DNA of 64,000 bases from the human T2T-CHM13v2.0 reference genome, Homo sapiens. This document shows positions 14,065 to 28,330 of this stretch, piece by piece (the stretch's first letter is position 1; every line of letters starts with the position of its first letter). The stretch lies in the NCBI RefSeq assembly GCF_009914755.1, contig NC_060928.1; one strand, given 5' to 3'. The translations under genes were made by a program, and so were the position numbers. The notes beneath the pieces are model-generated. The model was not told the DNA's origin. It made no database searches and saw only the letters and a program-made list of their open reading frames with translations.

Positions 14065-14450
14065 ATTTTTTAAAATTAAATTAAATTTTAATAATTGACA
14101 TAATTGTACATATTTATGGAGTACATGGTGATATTTTGAGACATGTAATATATAGTGATCAGATCAGAGTAATTGGCATATCCATCATCTTAAACATGTA
14201 TCACTTCTTTGTGCTGGGAACATTCAGTATCTTCCTTCTAGCTATTTGAAACTATAGAGTATATTGTTGTTAATTATGGTCATTCTACAGTGGTATAGAA
14301 ACTAGAATTTATTTCTCCTTTCTAGCTGTAATTTTGTATCCTTTAACAAATCTTCCCCCATCCCTATCTTTCTCATACCCTTCCCAGCCTCTAGTATTCT
14401 CTGTTCTACTTTTTTCTTATATGAGATCAACTTTATTTTAGCTTCCACAT
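14065..14450 (-). mobile_element. L1MA (L1MA4/5-like) 3' UTR fragment
   Basis: AATTGTACATATTTATGGAGTACATGGTGATATTTTG...GATCAGATCAGAGTAATTGGCATATCCATC...CCCTTCCCAGCCTCTAGTA...TTAGCTTCCACAT. Appears to interrupt an older L1ME-like 3' fragment. Confidence 0.9.
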
Positions 14451-16789
14451 AATATTTGTTAACATCATTAATTCTCAGTCATGACTACATGGATGTTTGT
14501 TATATTGTTCCCCATAATCTTCTGCATTCATTTTTTTCATAATGAAAATATATGCCAAATAAATAGCCACATATTACAGAAGATTTTATAAGGCAACATC
14601 TCTATCTACCATTGCCACAATTCTCCAATTATGTGTTTTGCTTTGGGGAAGAACCAAATCCTTTTTGGCTTGGAACATTTCAACTCTAAAAATATTTAAC
14701 TACTGGTAATAGCACCTGCAAATCTAGCACTTGTATAAATACATTTCCAAGATTGGTAAAAAGAAACTACTTTAGAAATGGTTAATGTGTGCTGTATGGA
14801 TATTCAACAAGACTTAGTTTTATGATTTGTAGAGTAAGTATAGAAAATATTACCCATTCAGACACCTAAGGAAGTAATTTCTTACCATAAGCATTCTTCT
14901 TTTTACAACATTTCATAAACTGAGCAATTGAGACATTCCTTATAGGGAAGTGGAAGAGGAAATGGGCAGCAAACTTTGGAACTCAAAAGGAGCTTTGGTC
15001 AGTATGAATCCCTGAAAGTCAGGTTCATTTTCCGTGCATGAAAGAGAACAAATTATTTCACTAATCCTTTGATCTCTTTATGGTTTCATTGTTCATTCTA
15101 GTGATTGTACTAGAAACAAGTTTCACTTCAGCTATAACAGTTAATGACAGACAACAGAAAGGGAAGTGGGCGTGGTGCTGTAGTTAATGATAATGACAAG
15201 AGCGTTGGTTGCTATTTATAGCATTTGTTAAACTTTCATCTTTTCAAATTGCTATTTTCATGCAGCAAACTTAAATCTCTCAGGCAACAAGGTAAGCAAC
15301 TGGAAGTAATTTCTGGCATTAGTCAAATATGTAATGACCAAGAAAAACACATTCTTCACCTTGAAGTGCCACCAGTTACCAATGAGAATATGAAAATAAA
15401 CATTCACAAAGTAATCTTGCAGTGATCAGTTTTGGAAGATGATGAAAAAAGGAATTATGCTACATGAGCCTATCTGTGAGACAAAACTGATGAAATGTGA
15501 ATTTGAGACAATAGACTTAAAAAAAATCAAAGCAATTTTATTGAAATGACCTTGTCAGAAAACAATTTGCCCATACCCAATGAAAAATATAATTGGTGAT
15601 AAGACTGATAATGGCTGAATCTGGGACCAGAAATACAGTTGTGATTTTGAAACCTTGGCTTCTAAGTTACTGTGAGACTTGGAGAATTGTTATTGCATTT
15701 AACTACCCCCAGGTTCCTATTCTTTAGACACATTCAGCTCTGTGATAAACTCAGCCCCACAAAAGTGGAAGGAAGAGGAGGTTTGTGAGTGGTAGGAGGA
15801 TGGAGGGTGGACAGGGAGAGACTGGGAAGACTCACACTTCTGGAACGTGGACACTCACTTTGCCTACACTTACATCAGAAAGACTGGAGCTCAGGTTTCT
15901 TTTCTCTGTTAAGCCTTAAGTTTTTTCTTGAGTGGAACCTTTGTTTACAACCTGCCGGACTTCCTTTAGGCATTGTACACAGTATGTCCACAATGCATTT
16001 ATATTAAATGCATCAGCATTGCTAGAACAGTCTGGACAGTATGATCCTAATACAGCTTGCCTACTGATTTGAATACGTTTTTAAACCAGTGGCAGGCAGA
16101 CTGTAGAATGAGGCTGGTGAAAAACAGGGAACTGAACAAGAAAAATAGATTGCAGCAGCAGGGAGCTCAAGTAAGGACATGGGCAATCATTCTTTCTGGT
16201 AAGCAAGTTTGGTGATTTTGTTGAAATGATCTTAAGTGTGGTGGTGTTGAGTGCTGAGAATTCAGATATTTTAATAGCTGAGATTTATTTCATTTATAGG
16301 TTTCAGTTTAATGCCTAATTAAAATATATATTATGGTTTAATAAGACCAAGACTCTTCTGATGTTGAGAATACTGTGAGTAAAACATGATAAATGGCAGA
16401 GACTAACACTGAGCTTCTTTGCTCCTAGCAATGAAAGATGTTCACCATATAATACGCATGAGGTCACAATTCTAATACTCTCTATTTGCCCTTCCTTTTA
16501 CATGAGATAGGATCATCCTGAAAGCTGCAATCCCTGATGTTTATCTTCCTTATGACTGCAATCATGTATTTTATGCAAGGTTTTATCCTGGACAACAGTG
16601 AATAAAAAATGTATCTACTTTTATCACATTAATTAAAGCTACAAATATATATTGCTCACATACTGTGTATAACCTTCTTTGGCAAAGGCTGAGGAGAATA
16701 AAAACATTTAAGGACTGACTTTACCTTTTTAGGAATTAAGAGTATCACTTGAAAAAAAAAAAAAACAACAACCAGCACTACAAGGTCAA

Positions 16790-16980
16790 CAATCCTGGCA
16801 GATAAGGGATAGAAACACTGAGTGCTGTAAGAGGTCAAAGGAGGGTGAGCTCATCTGGCTGGATATTCAAGGAAGACTTCCTGGAAGGAGTGGGGTTTGA
16901 GCTAGGCCTTAAAAAATGAGCATATGGGAGGTAAAGAGAAGACAAGAAGGTTTTCCAGGCAAAGAGAATAGAGAGTGTTC
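16790..16980 (-). mobile_element. L2 LINE fragment
   Basis: GGAAGACTTCCTGGAAGGAGTGGGGTTTGAGCTAGGCCTTAAA...TTCCAGGCAAAGAGAATAG. Confidence 0.75.
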
Positions 16981-17059
16981 TTGTATACATTCTTTGGAGA
17001 AACTTATTAAACTAAATCTAAACTGGATTTACAAGAAAAACCTCCTCCTTTTCCTACCT

Positions 17060-17540
17060 CTTAGCCCCTAAAAGGAAGAACAAGGAAAGTATTGATTCAG
17101 ATGTCAAAAAGTTTAGGGGTATCTCTAGCTTCAGATATGGTTGGAGGCAAATGCCCAAATGCCACTGTGATTCTCTGTCTTCATTCTCAGAAGGCTGTCC
17201 TCTAGAGTGGGGCCTTGAAGGTCCAGATTCATGTCCTGCCAACTCAGCAACCCTACAGAATTCAGGCACTTACATCTTGGGATTGAGTCTCATTTGCCTG
17301 ACTTGGGACAAGCCTGGCCCTGAGCCAGTCACTGCAGCCAAGATGACAAAATACTCTTATTGCATAACCTAAGTCATAACCCCCTGGAATTTGGTTAGGC
17401 TGGGGATGGGGGATTAGTGCTACCTTAATCTAATATGTGATGAGCTAGGTGGGGATAATTCTATTAGAAAGATCTGAGAGATACTCCTAGAAGGAGAAAT
17501 GGATGCTAGGAGAAATCAAGACGGAATAAATACATATTCA
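17060..17540 (-). mobile_element. MaLR solo LTR (MLT1K-like)
   Basis: GCTTCAGATATGGTTGGA...CTTCATTCTCAG...CCTGAGCCAGTCACTGCAGCCAAG...AGAAGGAGAAATGGATGCTAGG. Confidence 0.7.
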
Positions 17541-19029
17541 GAAACGGGTGAGAGGTCAAAGTTTACACAGACCTAGATGTCTGTAAATACAAGCACACAT
17601 AATAATTATTAAAATAATTTTGTATTTTCAGATATTTGGTTTACTTTCTGTCTGTTTTTAAAATTATTAAACAATCCAGGATTTGAAAACACTAAGTCTA
17701 CAAACCAAATTTAATGCCCATTCTCTGCCCCCATCCCTGATCATTATCTTATACCACTCCTACTTAAAAAAAAATGTAAATTGAGAAATGGAGCAAAGCA
17801 TGAGATGTTCTCTGTTGCTCAGGATAGAGTATTAAGAAATCTTTTCCGGGGAATTCCCCATGTTTCAGATAGAATAGAAGTTAAGTGGCTGATTCACGCA
17901 TTCATTAACAATAGAGAGAATGTTCTGAAACACCAATCCATTCTAACCCCATCAGATCCTCCCTAATGCCTATTCTTACAAAATGCCTTGAAATTTCAAG
18001 GGTGTTTCCTGGCATTTGTTTTCATTAAATGCTAATGCACCCATGTCACTCTACTTTGTTTATGCACTATGGATGTTGGCATACTTTGTTTTAAAAAGCA
18101 TTAAAGCAGCACTGAATACTCAACTCAGGTGACATCAATTTTTTCTTTTTGTTGTTGATTTCAAAGTCTACTGTTTTTAGAGTTTCATATTTCAAGCAAA
18201 TTAATCTATGAAAATTATCAACAGATTGAAACTGTTGTTGAGAATGTGTTTTCATAATGCATATTTTTGATCTCTCAAAAACCTTCCAAGTCCCTAATTA
18301 ATCGGGAGATGTGTGGATCAGCAGACTTCATTGCATCTTGACACCAATTATGCAGAGAATGCTTTCCCTAAGGTAGATTTTTTTATCCCTTTTGGAAACT
18401 AACTAGCTTGATCACTTATTTCTGACTCAGACCCTTCTTTATATTTACATTTACATTCCATACATCTAATCTTTGGCCTCAAAATCATTTTAATCTCCTA
18501 ATTTTATTTCTCCAATACTCATTCTCCAGTAGGTCTTAATCCTTTTATGAATAGCAATTTCCTCTAAAACTTTATAAAACCTATCACCTCTTTCTCCCCT
18601 GCAAAAATGCATGAATACATCAAATACTGCTTACCGTTTATTGAAGGTTTTCATAATCACTAATCTCATAGTTACCTCAATATAAAGATATTGGCTTTTA
18701 ATTTTGAAAAATATGTATTTCATTTTCCATTTTAAGTGCCTTCTTAAAAAAAATCTGTGATAATTTTTTTGTCTTCTCCTCTGGCTGACCTGATTCTTGT
18801 TGCCCCTCAGGACAATAGAATATACCTCAGAGAAAGAAAAGTACAATGAATCATTCCTTTCTTCCTGTGAGTCTTATTGTTAGGTAAAGGGATACTTTGG
18901 ACTCTACTTTCTGTGAATTAGCAATGCCAGCAAAAACCAGTCATTTGTCCAGTGACACCTAAAGAATACTGGATTGGATATCTGAAGCCTAACCAAATCT
19001 CAGGGACACACCAAGAAGCTTGCCTTTCC

Positions 19030-19158
19030 TCTTATTCATCAAATATTTCTTGAGTGTCTTCTATGCTCAAGGCACTTTGTGTGCATTAGTTTCATTAGTA
19101 GTTTGGGCAGTGCCCCACAAATAGTAGGCACACACTATGTATTTGTTGAATGTGAATA
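19030..19158. mobile_element. Two oppositely oriented L2 3'-end fragments
   Basis: Antisense tail ATTCATCAAATATTTCTTGAGTGTCTTCTATG at 19034, then sense tail CAGTGCCCCACAAATAGTAGGCACACACTATGTATTTGTTGAATG at 19108. Confidence 0.7.
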
Positions 19159-19510
19159 ACTAACATTTATTAATTATTATGTTCCAGGAGCTTTAATTGT
19201 CAAATCAACTTTGCAAGGTAGATGGCATTCCCTGCCTTGTACGAGTGAGGAAACTGAGGTCCATAGACTCAGGAACTTGCCCGTGGTTATGTGGTTGGCA
19301 AGTGCCAGGGCCATTATGAGCCTGGATCTGGTGCTTTAAATCACTCCATTTCAATTTCAATCCATCGTGGTAGGTAGGTAGGTAGATTGTTTAAGTCCTG
19401 TTTATGAGATGATGAAGTTAAGGTTCAGATGTAGTGAACAACTTACTGAAATGTACCTAGGACTGAGCCTGGATTATGCCTGTGTTTGATTGATTCCAAA
19501 CTCTGAACTG
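19159..19510 (-). mobile_element. Two tandem MIR fragments
   Basis: GTGAGGAAACTGAGGTCC...ACTTGCCCGTGGT and GATGATGAAGTTAAGGTTCAGA antisense MIR cores. Confidence 0.7.
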
Positions 19511-20838
19511 TTGTGTGACATCACTGCTGCTTTCTGTGTTATACTGTGAATCTCATCTATGCAGTACTTCTTCCCCTAATTCTGGCACATCTCTATTCCC
19601 ACAGCCATTTATCTGAAACTGCTACTTTGTCACCACGGAACAAAAATAGTGATGGCTGCAAACAAAGGCTCTTATTTTCAAGCCAAAGGCAGCCACACAG
19701 AGATTCAGCAACATCTCAGACCTCATTCACCATAATCTCTCATCAGCCAGTTTCTTACATATTTTAAACATAGTAGAGTTTTAGTTTTTTGACGCTTTCA
19801 CAGCATAGCTTTGATAGAAATTAAAGCTGGGGAGGAGGAAAGCAAACTTTTTAAGCTTTTGAAGTTTATTTGATTGTATTAATTTTTCCTTGTAGGCTTT
19901 ATATTTATGATTATTTTTGAAGGTCTCAAGCTTATCAGTGTGGTGATCCATTTTCCTCCAGATAGAGTGGTGGCTGCCTACAGTTAATACTTCTTAGGAA
20001 AGGCCTATGTGAGGATATCATTTATTCTGTACTATGTCATCAATCCCCTTCATCCACTTATGATTCCCACATTGCTAATTGTGAGAGTTGATGCCATTGT
20101 CAAAGGCAAGGTATGGAAACAACCAATACAAGTGTGGCTTCTGGCTGGCTTCGTGTTTCATGTGTATCACATGAAACCTGAATCTTAAAATGGATTCCTA
20201 ATAATGATAACAAGCCAGGCATGTCCTGGTCTCCAGATTTAAAGAGGGATTTAAAGACATTATTAGATGACACTAAGCACCAGCTTCACCATTTGGGAGT
20301 TAAAAATCTAACCACACACTGATAGAGACAACTACAGAAGGACATAAAATAAATACAATCAAGTAATACACTGGTCAGATCCTTATTCGCCAAGAGAAAC
20401 AAACATTTATTCAGTGAGACAATCTTTCCATTTCCTGTGAACATGGAAACATCATCGTGCTTAAGTGCCTAACACTAGGCAGCATACTTATTTCATATCT
20501 CTAGGCTTCAATATCTTCACTTGTTTAAAGATGGTATTCCAAAAACCATGTGTGTTTTCAGGTGTCAGTCAACATTTGAAGAATATCTTAGGACTAAATC
20601 CAAGTCCAAAGGGACATTTCCTTTTTTCCAATGGCAACTTTGTCCAAGGATGGGCAAAAATCTTAAATACAGGGTAACAAGAAATCAGGGCAGATAATTT
20701 AACTAATTTTACTGTTGATCTAAAGCTTTCTTCAACATGTCATGCAGCTATAGAATAATTAATAATGAGTGTAATCTATTTCTCTCTTGGTCACCTATTT
20801 AGTTTTCATTACGTCTATTCTTAGAAATGTGAGTACTA

Positions 20839-21196
<358 letters not shown>

Positions 21197-21613
21197 AGAA
21201 ATGTGAGTACTAGAAGCAGATCGGTGAGGTAACCACTTTTCCAACATTAGATATGAAGTTCAAACAAAGGATATTTTAGTTTATTTTAACTGAGGATTTC
21301 CAAAGAAGCACCTTATTTCTATGTTATTTGGAATTTAGACATTGGCTTTTAGATTAGAGACATATTACGATTGTCAATTCAAAGCAAAAAAGTAAAAGAC
21401 ATAAATGCCATTACCTATCTGGAATATGTTAAGCAATATAAAACAGTAAAAGAAAGGAGAAAATCTTCCATTATTTGTAATGATAACAATATGCCACCTA
21501 CTATATAGAGATACAATACTGCCAAACCTTCTGAATTAGTTTTTATGTGATGAGAGTGGATTTAGCCACTCCAGGACTTCTCAATCAGCTTTTCTTGTGA
21601 CCAAACTCGTACA

Positions 21614-22231
21614 CAGTCATGTGACACATAACGATGGTTCAGTCAAGGATGGACTGCATATATGATGGTGATCCCATAAGATTATAATGAAGCTGAAAAA
21701 TTCCCATTGCATAGTGACATCATAGCCACTGTAATGCTGAGGCATAATTACTTTTTTTTTTTTTTATAAATTCAATGTAGCCTAAGTGTATGGTGTATAA
21801 AAATTCCACAGTAGTGTACAGTAATATCCTAGACCTTCACATTCACTCAACACACACTCACTGACTCATCAGAACAACTCCCAGCCCTGAAAGCTTTTTT
21901 TTTCATGGTAAGTGCTCTGTATGGGTGCACAAGTTTAAAAACTTTTTATACTATATTTTTATTGTACCTTTTCTGTTTAGATATGTTTAGACACACAACA
22001 CTTACCACTGTGTTACGGTCGCCTACAATGTTCAGTAGAGTAACATGCTGTACAGGTTTGCAGCACAGGTTTATAGCCTAGGAGCAATAGGTGATACCTT
22101 ATAACTCAGCTGTGTAGTAGCCCGTATCATCTAGGTTTGCATACGTATACTTTATGATGTTCCCACAGGATGAAATTGTCTAATGATGTATTTCTCAGAA
22201 TGTATCTCCATTATTAAGCAATGCATGATTG
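21614..22231. mobile_element. Tigger3 (MER7/Tigger3c-like) non-autonomous DNA transposon
   Basis: Termini CAGTCATGTGACACATAACG and TTAAGCAATGCATGATTG followed by TA. Internal GGTGATCCCATAAGATTATAATG and GTAACATGCTGTACAGGTTTG. Confidence 0.92.
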
Positions 22232-22592
22232 TATTTATAAGCTAACATTAGGATGTATGCTATAGAATGAAATAAAGCCCATAAAACCATGACCTAGCAC
22301 TCACTCAAATAGAGCCATAGTCACCTGGACAACAGACTAGGTTTTTATAGAATTCAAACCCAAAGTCTCCTGAACCATTTACTGAGACCCTCTTGTGCAA
22401 GATGCAGCATTAGACTTTCTGAACAGTGTCATGCAACAGACAAAGACTTTAACTCACCCACTCACATCCACACATTTAAAAAGAAAAAAAGCCAAGTTTT
22501 CAATCATGTCTGTCTCTCTACATTCTCTTTCCTCTGCTTCACTTACCCAGCACTAAAGGAGCAGAGAGATGAGTAAAATCAGACCCTTCCAG

Positions 22593-22719
22593 CAGGGCCA
22601 GCTTCACAGATAGACATCCTGTGTAGTAGCACAGAATCAGGTCAGAAGGGTCCTGTGCTGGATTAATGCTCTATTATCATTGTCTTAAAATTCTTAATAA
22701 AATTGTATAGCTGGTCCTA
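22593..22719. mobile_element. MER91A-like hAT-Tip100 relic, internally deleted
   Basis: CAGGGCCAGCTTCA...TCAGAAGGGTCCTGTGC...TTAATGCTCT...CTTAAAATTCTTAATAA...TAGCTGGTCCT. Confidence 0.7.
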
Positions 22720-22969
22720 CCTGTGAGGATAGATAGAACATAGCGGAGAAAACAGTCCCTTTAAGGCCTTCTTGGGGGCATTGCAATGAAGAGATCTGCC
22801 TTCTGTATAGTTGTCTAACAGATAAGTCATCAAATTGATCTCAAGGCATTCTAGGTATTTTAGACAATTTTTCAGATTATTGTCATATTTCTTAAGGGCA
22901 GATAGAAGTGAAATGTGATGTTTGTCCTTTTTTTCCTAGTTAACTATTCCTCCTAATAATCTGCTTTAC

Positions 22970-23300
<331 letters not shown>

Positions 23301-24114
23301 TCATACCAAATATAAGCTCTGGTAAAAATGATCTTGCAAACTTTCAAAGCTGCCACTTTTTTTATGTCAATTTACAGCACATGCCCATCTTTTTTCACGC
23401 TCGGAAGAATTTAGCAGCTCTTCTCAACTTTAAAACAGTTAATGATTGTAAAGACCTAGTCCATTGGAAATGCAAGAAAAACCCACATTTTTCAAGTTTT
23501 AAATCCCTCACAAATTTTACGGATACGAAAAGGAAAAAAAAACTTCTCTTACTGGTTTGAAAATGAACAGCACTGTCACTGACAACAGATAATGATCTGC
23601 AGTGCCCAGGTCACCACCTGATAGTTATTAAATGTTAACATTAAACAGGAAAGGAGAATTCTTTTCTTACAAGGCCATGACCAGATAAAAAAAACTATCT
23701 GGAATTTAGTGCCCAATTGTATACTGGAAAGTTTGGCTTTACATACAGGTAGAGGCTTGTGTGATAACATTTTGGAGATGTAGAGAAGTCCTGCTTACTC
23801 CAAATTCTTACCCACAACTTGATATTGTGTTTGGAATTCTAACGCTGGGATTTATTCTTTTGGGTTAAAAATTGCCTTATTAAGCAGTCCATGCTCCTTT
23901 GTTGCCATCACTAGTAGATCCCCTTTCTAGATGATTGGGGAGACTCAAAGGGGCATGAAAGTAAGTAAAAGACATGCTGAAAGAAGAAAATGGGCTGTAG
24001 GAAATAAAATTTTCATCATGTTTTCCTAATCAAGCCTCATAATTTTGCCCAAAACTAAAGTCAAAACCTGATGCATTGCAAGATCATTGCAGGAAGTAAC
24101 AGCTTTAACATCAA

Positions 24115-24870
24115 CAACATCAATAATACTAACAATATGTACTCTTGAGTGTTATGTATGACGTTGTCCCAAGCATACATTTTATGTGTTATCTCATTTA
24201 ATTCTCAAAATAACCATATGGAGATAATTATTTGTATCAGTTCAAATGCTTTTTACTATAAGAGCTAGAGTTAGAGCCCATTCAAAATGATGTAAATAAT
24301 AAAGAAGACTTTTTAAAAAAATAACCAAACATGCAGAGTTGGCTATTTCTAGAGTAAGGTAATCCAGCAACTCAGTGATGACATCAATGTTCTTTCCGCT
24401 CTGCCCTCCTGGTAATGTTTAAGGATTGTCAGTTTATGGGTCCAAAATGGCAGTAACTGCTACAGGTATCATAGCTTCATTCAATATCTAAAAGACAGAA
24501 AAGAACATGCATTTTAAGGATGAGGGCAATTTCCCAGAAGCTGTTCTGTGATTTACCTCAAGTCCTATTGGCTTTCATTTCAGGACATATCAATTTCTAA
24601 ATTCATCATTCTTGCAGTGAATACAATACCCTTGACTGGCTTAAACTAATCAAGCTTTGCCTCCTGAGGCTGAGACGAAATCCAGCCATCTCTGTATATA
24701 AGGGTGTCCAAAGTCTAAACAAATTAGGAACTGTGTTAGCAAAGAAATAAGAAGGGGATGGATTTTGCATAGACAACCTAATATGTCGACCACAGACTTA
24801 GTTGGTGATGACATTTGGATAGAGCCTCCATCTGTTGGACTCTGAAGGTTATACTTTCAGCCACTGTGTA
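24115..24870 (-). mobile_element. MIR split by an MLT1 LTR
   Basis: TTATCTCATTTAATTCTCAAAATAACCATATG lies left of the LTR. GACTCTGAAGG...TTTCAGCCACTGTG lies right of it. Confidence 0.6.
24233..24794 (-). mobile_element. MaLR solo LTR (MLT1L-like)
   Basis: TG...CA termini (TGTATCAGTT / GACCACA). Internal CCAAAATGGCAGTAACTGCTACAGG, TTTCCCAGAAGC, GACTGGCTTAAACTAATCA, TGTTAGCAAAGAA. Confidence 0.8.
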
Positions 24871-27800
24871 AGACTGCTTGTGTATGCACATTCATATACA
24901 TTCCAAGTTTTTGAAAAAAATAATTTTTAAAGTTAAGCACCAGAATATTACCATCATAAACTTAACAAGGAAATCCAAAATGGTTTCTCTATACGTGACC
25001 TCTACTAGAAGAGAGGCAGCATTTTTGCTCAGCAGCTACAATCTTCCCAGGCATCTGTTAAGCTCTACACACTGGCAAAAACCTGGTGGGAAATTTTTGC
25101 TTGGCAAGACCACCGTGGTCATTGAAAGGAGTTCCCACACCTCTTAGAATAATGTCAGCAAGAAAGGATTAGGAGAAATCTTGAAAGGTTGCTCCCGCTT
25201 AAAAGTTGACCCCATTTGATAATGTAGTGGAGTATGAGACAACTGCTAAGTGTGGTGTATCTTTAGCCATATTATTTCCCTAAGGTAATCTTGTTTCTTA
25301 CTACTCTAGGAAAACTGGTCATTCCCAAACTTCTAAATGTATTACCAAGATAACTTCTAGATTTTCTTCAGCTAATTCTCATAAGCATATATACTTTGAA
25401 GTTGGACAAAAGAATTTTTTTCTTCCAGAGAAGAAACAACTGGTTTGGAAGATATAGTAGAAATACCTATATATTGCATTCCATATTTTTTTCCCTCAGA
25501 ATTATTTGATTATTTTAAAAATAGAGAGAATGGTGATGACTTTACCAAAATCTTGTATTTAAATGGAAATAGTTAATGGCAGAGAACATTAAAATCTTAG
25601 ATTACTGATTCTACCTGATTGGAAAAAAATAATCTTTTGTTTATACAGGCTTCTGTGGAAATGAGCTAAAAATTGTAGCTGAATTCAACTGTTAGTAATA
25701 TTCTCCAAAAATACATCAAAGTAGATAAAGAGGCTAAAAAGCCTTGCATTCATGAATTAAAAAATTGGAATTTCTAAGGAGAAAAGTCAGTTTTAGTTTT
25801 CTTCCCCTTCCCCTTTGTTTTCCTTTCCCATTCATCTCCACACTCATTCTTTCTTTGTTTAATTGTAACTATGGAGGCAAAAACTAAGTGTATGTGCTTC
25901 TTATGTCGTCCAAGTGGAGAAATTTTTAAGCAAATTAAGAATGGCCAGGAACTAAATGATAAAAATAGAGATGACTTATAACACTATGTTTACATTTATG
26001 TTATGATATGGCCTATCAGTGAACTAAACAATTTTATTTTTGTCTTGAAAAATTGGCTGGATATTTTGTTACCATGGAGAGGTAGGCTAAATTCAGCCAT
26101 AAGATTCCAAGTATATTCAGTGAAAAAGAAAAGTTTGCCAACTAAATGATTTACTGTTATCAGGATCATTTTGAATATAAAGCAGAAAAATACTTTTATT
26201 ATTTATAAAAAGTACATCACATTTTTTACACATCAAAGGAGAAATTTTATCAAATACTATAACTACTTGTCAGTTTATGATTTTGTGAGATATTTCATAT
26301 TTAGATCACAAATAAGAATAAAAATAATAGGAAAATGTAACCAGTTAAGATTTTATTGGGTATAGAGTATCCTACAAATATTGTTTTATACACTACTTAA
26401 GCTAAATGTGACAACTTGGAAATATAAAAAGTCATAGGAAACCAAAAAGTGGTTTTGAACCCTGAAACTTCTCAAAGAAAGAGAAAATTAGATCAGATAA
26501 CTTTTTTTCTTTTTCCTAGAAAACTTGGCATTAGAGTGACAATGAAGAAACTGTAGATAGGGAATGACAGAAAATAGACCATGATCATGATTTTATTCCC
26601 TACCATAAGGGTATAAATGAAAGAGCTGAAGTTATTTCTTATTTTAATATTTTGCTGACATATTATACCCTGGAGAGAACTCTTAGTAAATATCCTGTTG
26701 AATAAATGAATAAATCAAAGACATGAGTGGAACTGTCTCTAGAATCATTAAGACTTTTCCAGTGGCTTTTAAAGGAATACTTTAGCATGATATGGGGATG
26801 AAAGAGAGCTCTGGAATGAAACTAGTTAACAAAATTAACTTCTTGCCCTGAAACATAAATAAATTATAAACTGAATTCATTCCAATAAAACAATGGAATG
26901 AGATTGGGTCAGTAACATCCAAATGCAAAAATATTGTGTTGCTAATGGCAGGCATGTTTATATTTCTTTCTTTAACTGGTTTCCATTTACCAATCCAATT
27001 GCCTGTTAAGTGGAGTGTGTATCTTGGAATATACCCATGGAATGTGATCCAGGGAGACTCTCTACACCTAACCCTCCAAAATGAGTGAGTCAGACACAGC
27101 ATCCATGGTGATCTACAAAGAACCCAAACATGGAAACTACCATTGTTGAAATATGACCTACTTAGATGTGTCACCTGTGGCAATGTAGAAGAACTAAGTA
27201 AATAAGTGCATATATTCTATAAATATTGGAAGATTTTCTATAGTACTTTTAATCTATAGTTGTAAATATTAATGAATGAAACTTTAGAGCATTCGAAGAT
27301 ATATTTGACCATATAATTATTACTTCTACTATATAGATAGAAACCTAAAGACAGCACAAACAGTAGTTCCATTTCAACAATTGTAATTTACATTTTTCAG
27401 TTATTTACATATAAATAGGTATGTTGTCTGCTCCACTCATTGACATGCGTATAGTCTCAGAATCTACTGGTTTTTGCCCACATCCTTATAATTACACAAG
27501 TAATAGTGGCCACTTTAAACTGCTTCAGATACATGCATACTGATATATCTTTACAAACCAAAAATGTAGGAAAACTATCAAGAGTAACTATGTAACGGCA
27601 ATAATTGAGACACACACTAGAAACACACAATGGTGGATTTCCTACCTCTTTAAAGTTGTCCTCAGGCAAAGGCCTCAGTCACCCACCAGGAGGGAAGCTA
27701 GATTAATCATTGCTTGAACTTAGAGCAAGGTCAGGCTTCTATACCCATCACTGCCCTGAAATGGCATAGTGTACAATCTGCTTTGATTTTAATTCAAGAC

Positions 27801-28149
27801 ATTTGAAGCAAGTAGTATTATATCCACTGTTTTGCACATTAGGAGGTTGAGACCCAAAAAGCTAAGTCAACTTCAGTAGAGTCACATATCAAGAAAGTAA
27901 TGGAATGAGACTTCCAACCAGATAGACTACCTCTAGAGTCATTGCTCTGTTAATCAGAAGAGAGACAATTTTTCTAACAACTGAATTAAGCTCAAAGAAC
28001 CCAAAAGTTCTGAGACTTATTCTATAATAATTAAATGACACTAAAATGTTGAATTTGCTGTTATTTTCTCTACATTGGGTTAAAGTTCCTGTTCTCAGAA
28101 CAGTAAAATACAATCCTGGCTGTGCCAAATAAAAAAATGAGATTATACA

Positions 28150-28330
28150 TATAGGTATATATTTTTACACATACATAGAAAATGACCAAATGGAAACAAA
28201 AGGAACTGTTTAGTGGTTAGTTACCTCTGAGGATTTGTTAGAATGAGGACGTGAGAGGGTGAAGGATTTTACTTTTCATTCTGAACAGTTAGTTTTTTCC
28301 CAAGAGTACATATTTTTAAAAATAAAAATC
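28150..28330 (+). mobile_element. L1ME 3' end fragment
   Basis: CATAGAAAATGAC...ACTGTTTAGTGGTTAGTTACCTCTGAGGA...GATTTTACTTTTCAT, then an A-rich end. Confidence 0.5.

Noticed and set aside
3180-18640. Isolated strong splice-site matches (e.g. near 3188, 3533, 3664, 12154, 13913, 14885, 18635)
   Set aside because: They lack a convincing partner site or give implausibly small exons, and are expected by chance in 64 kb.
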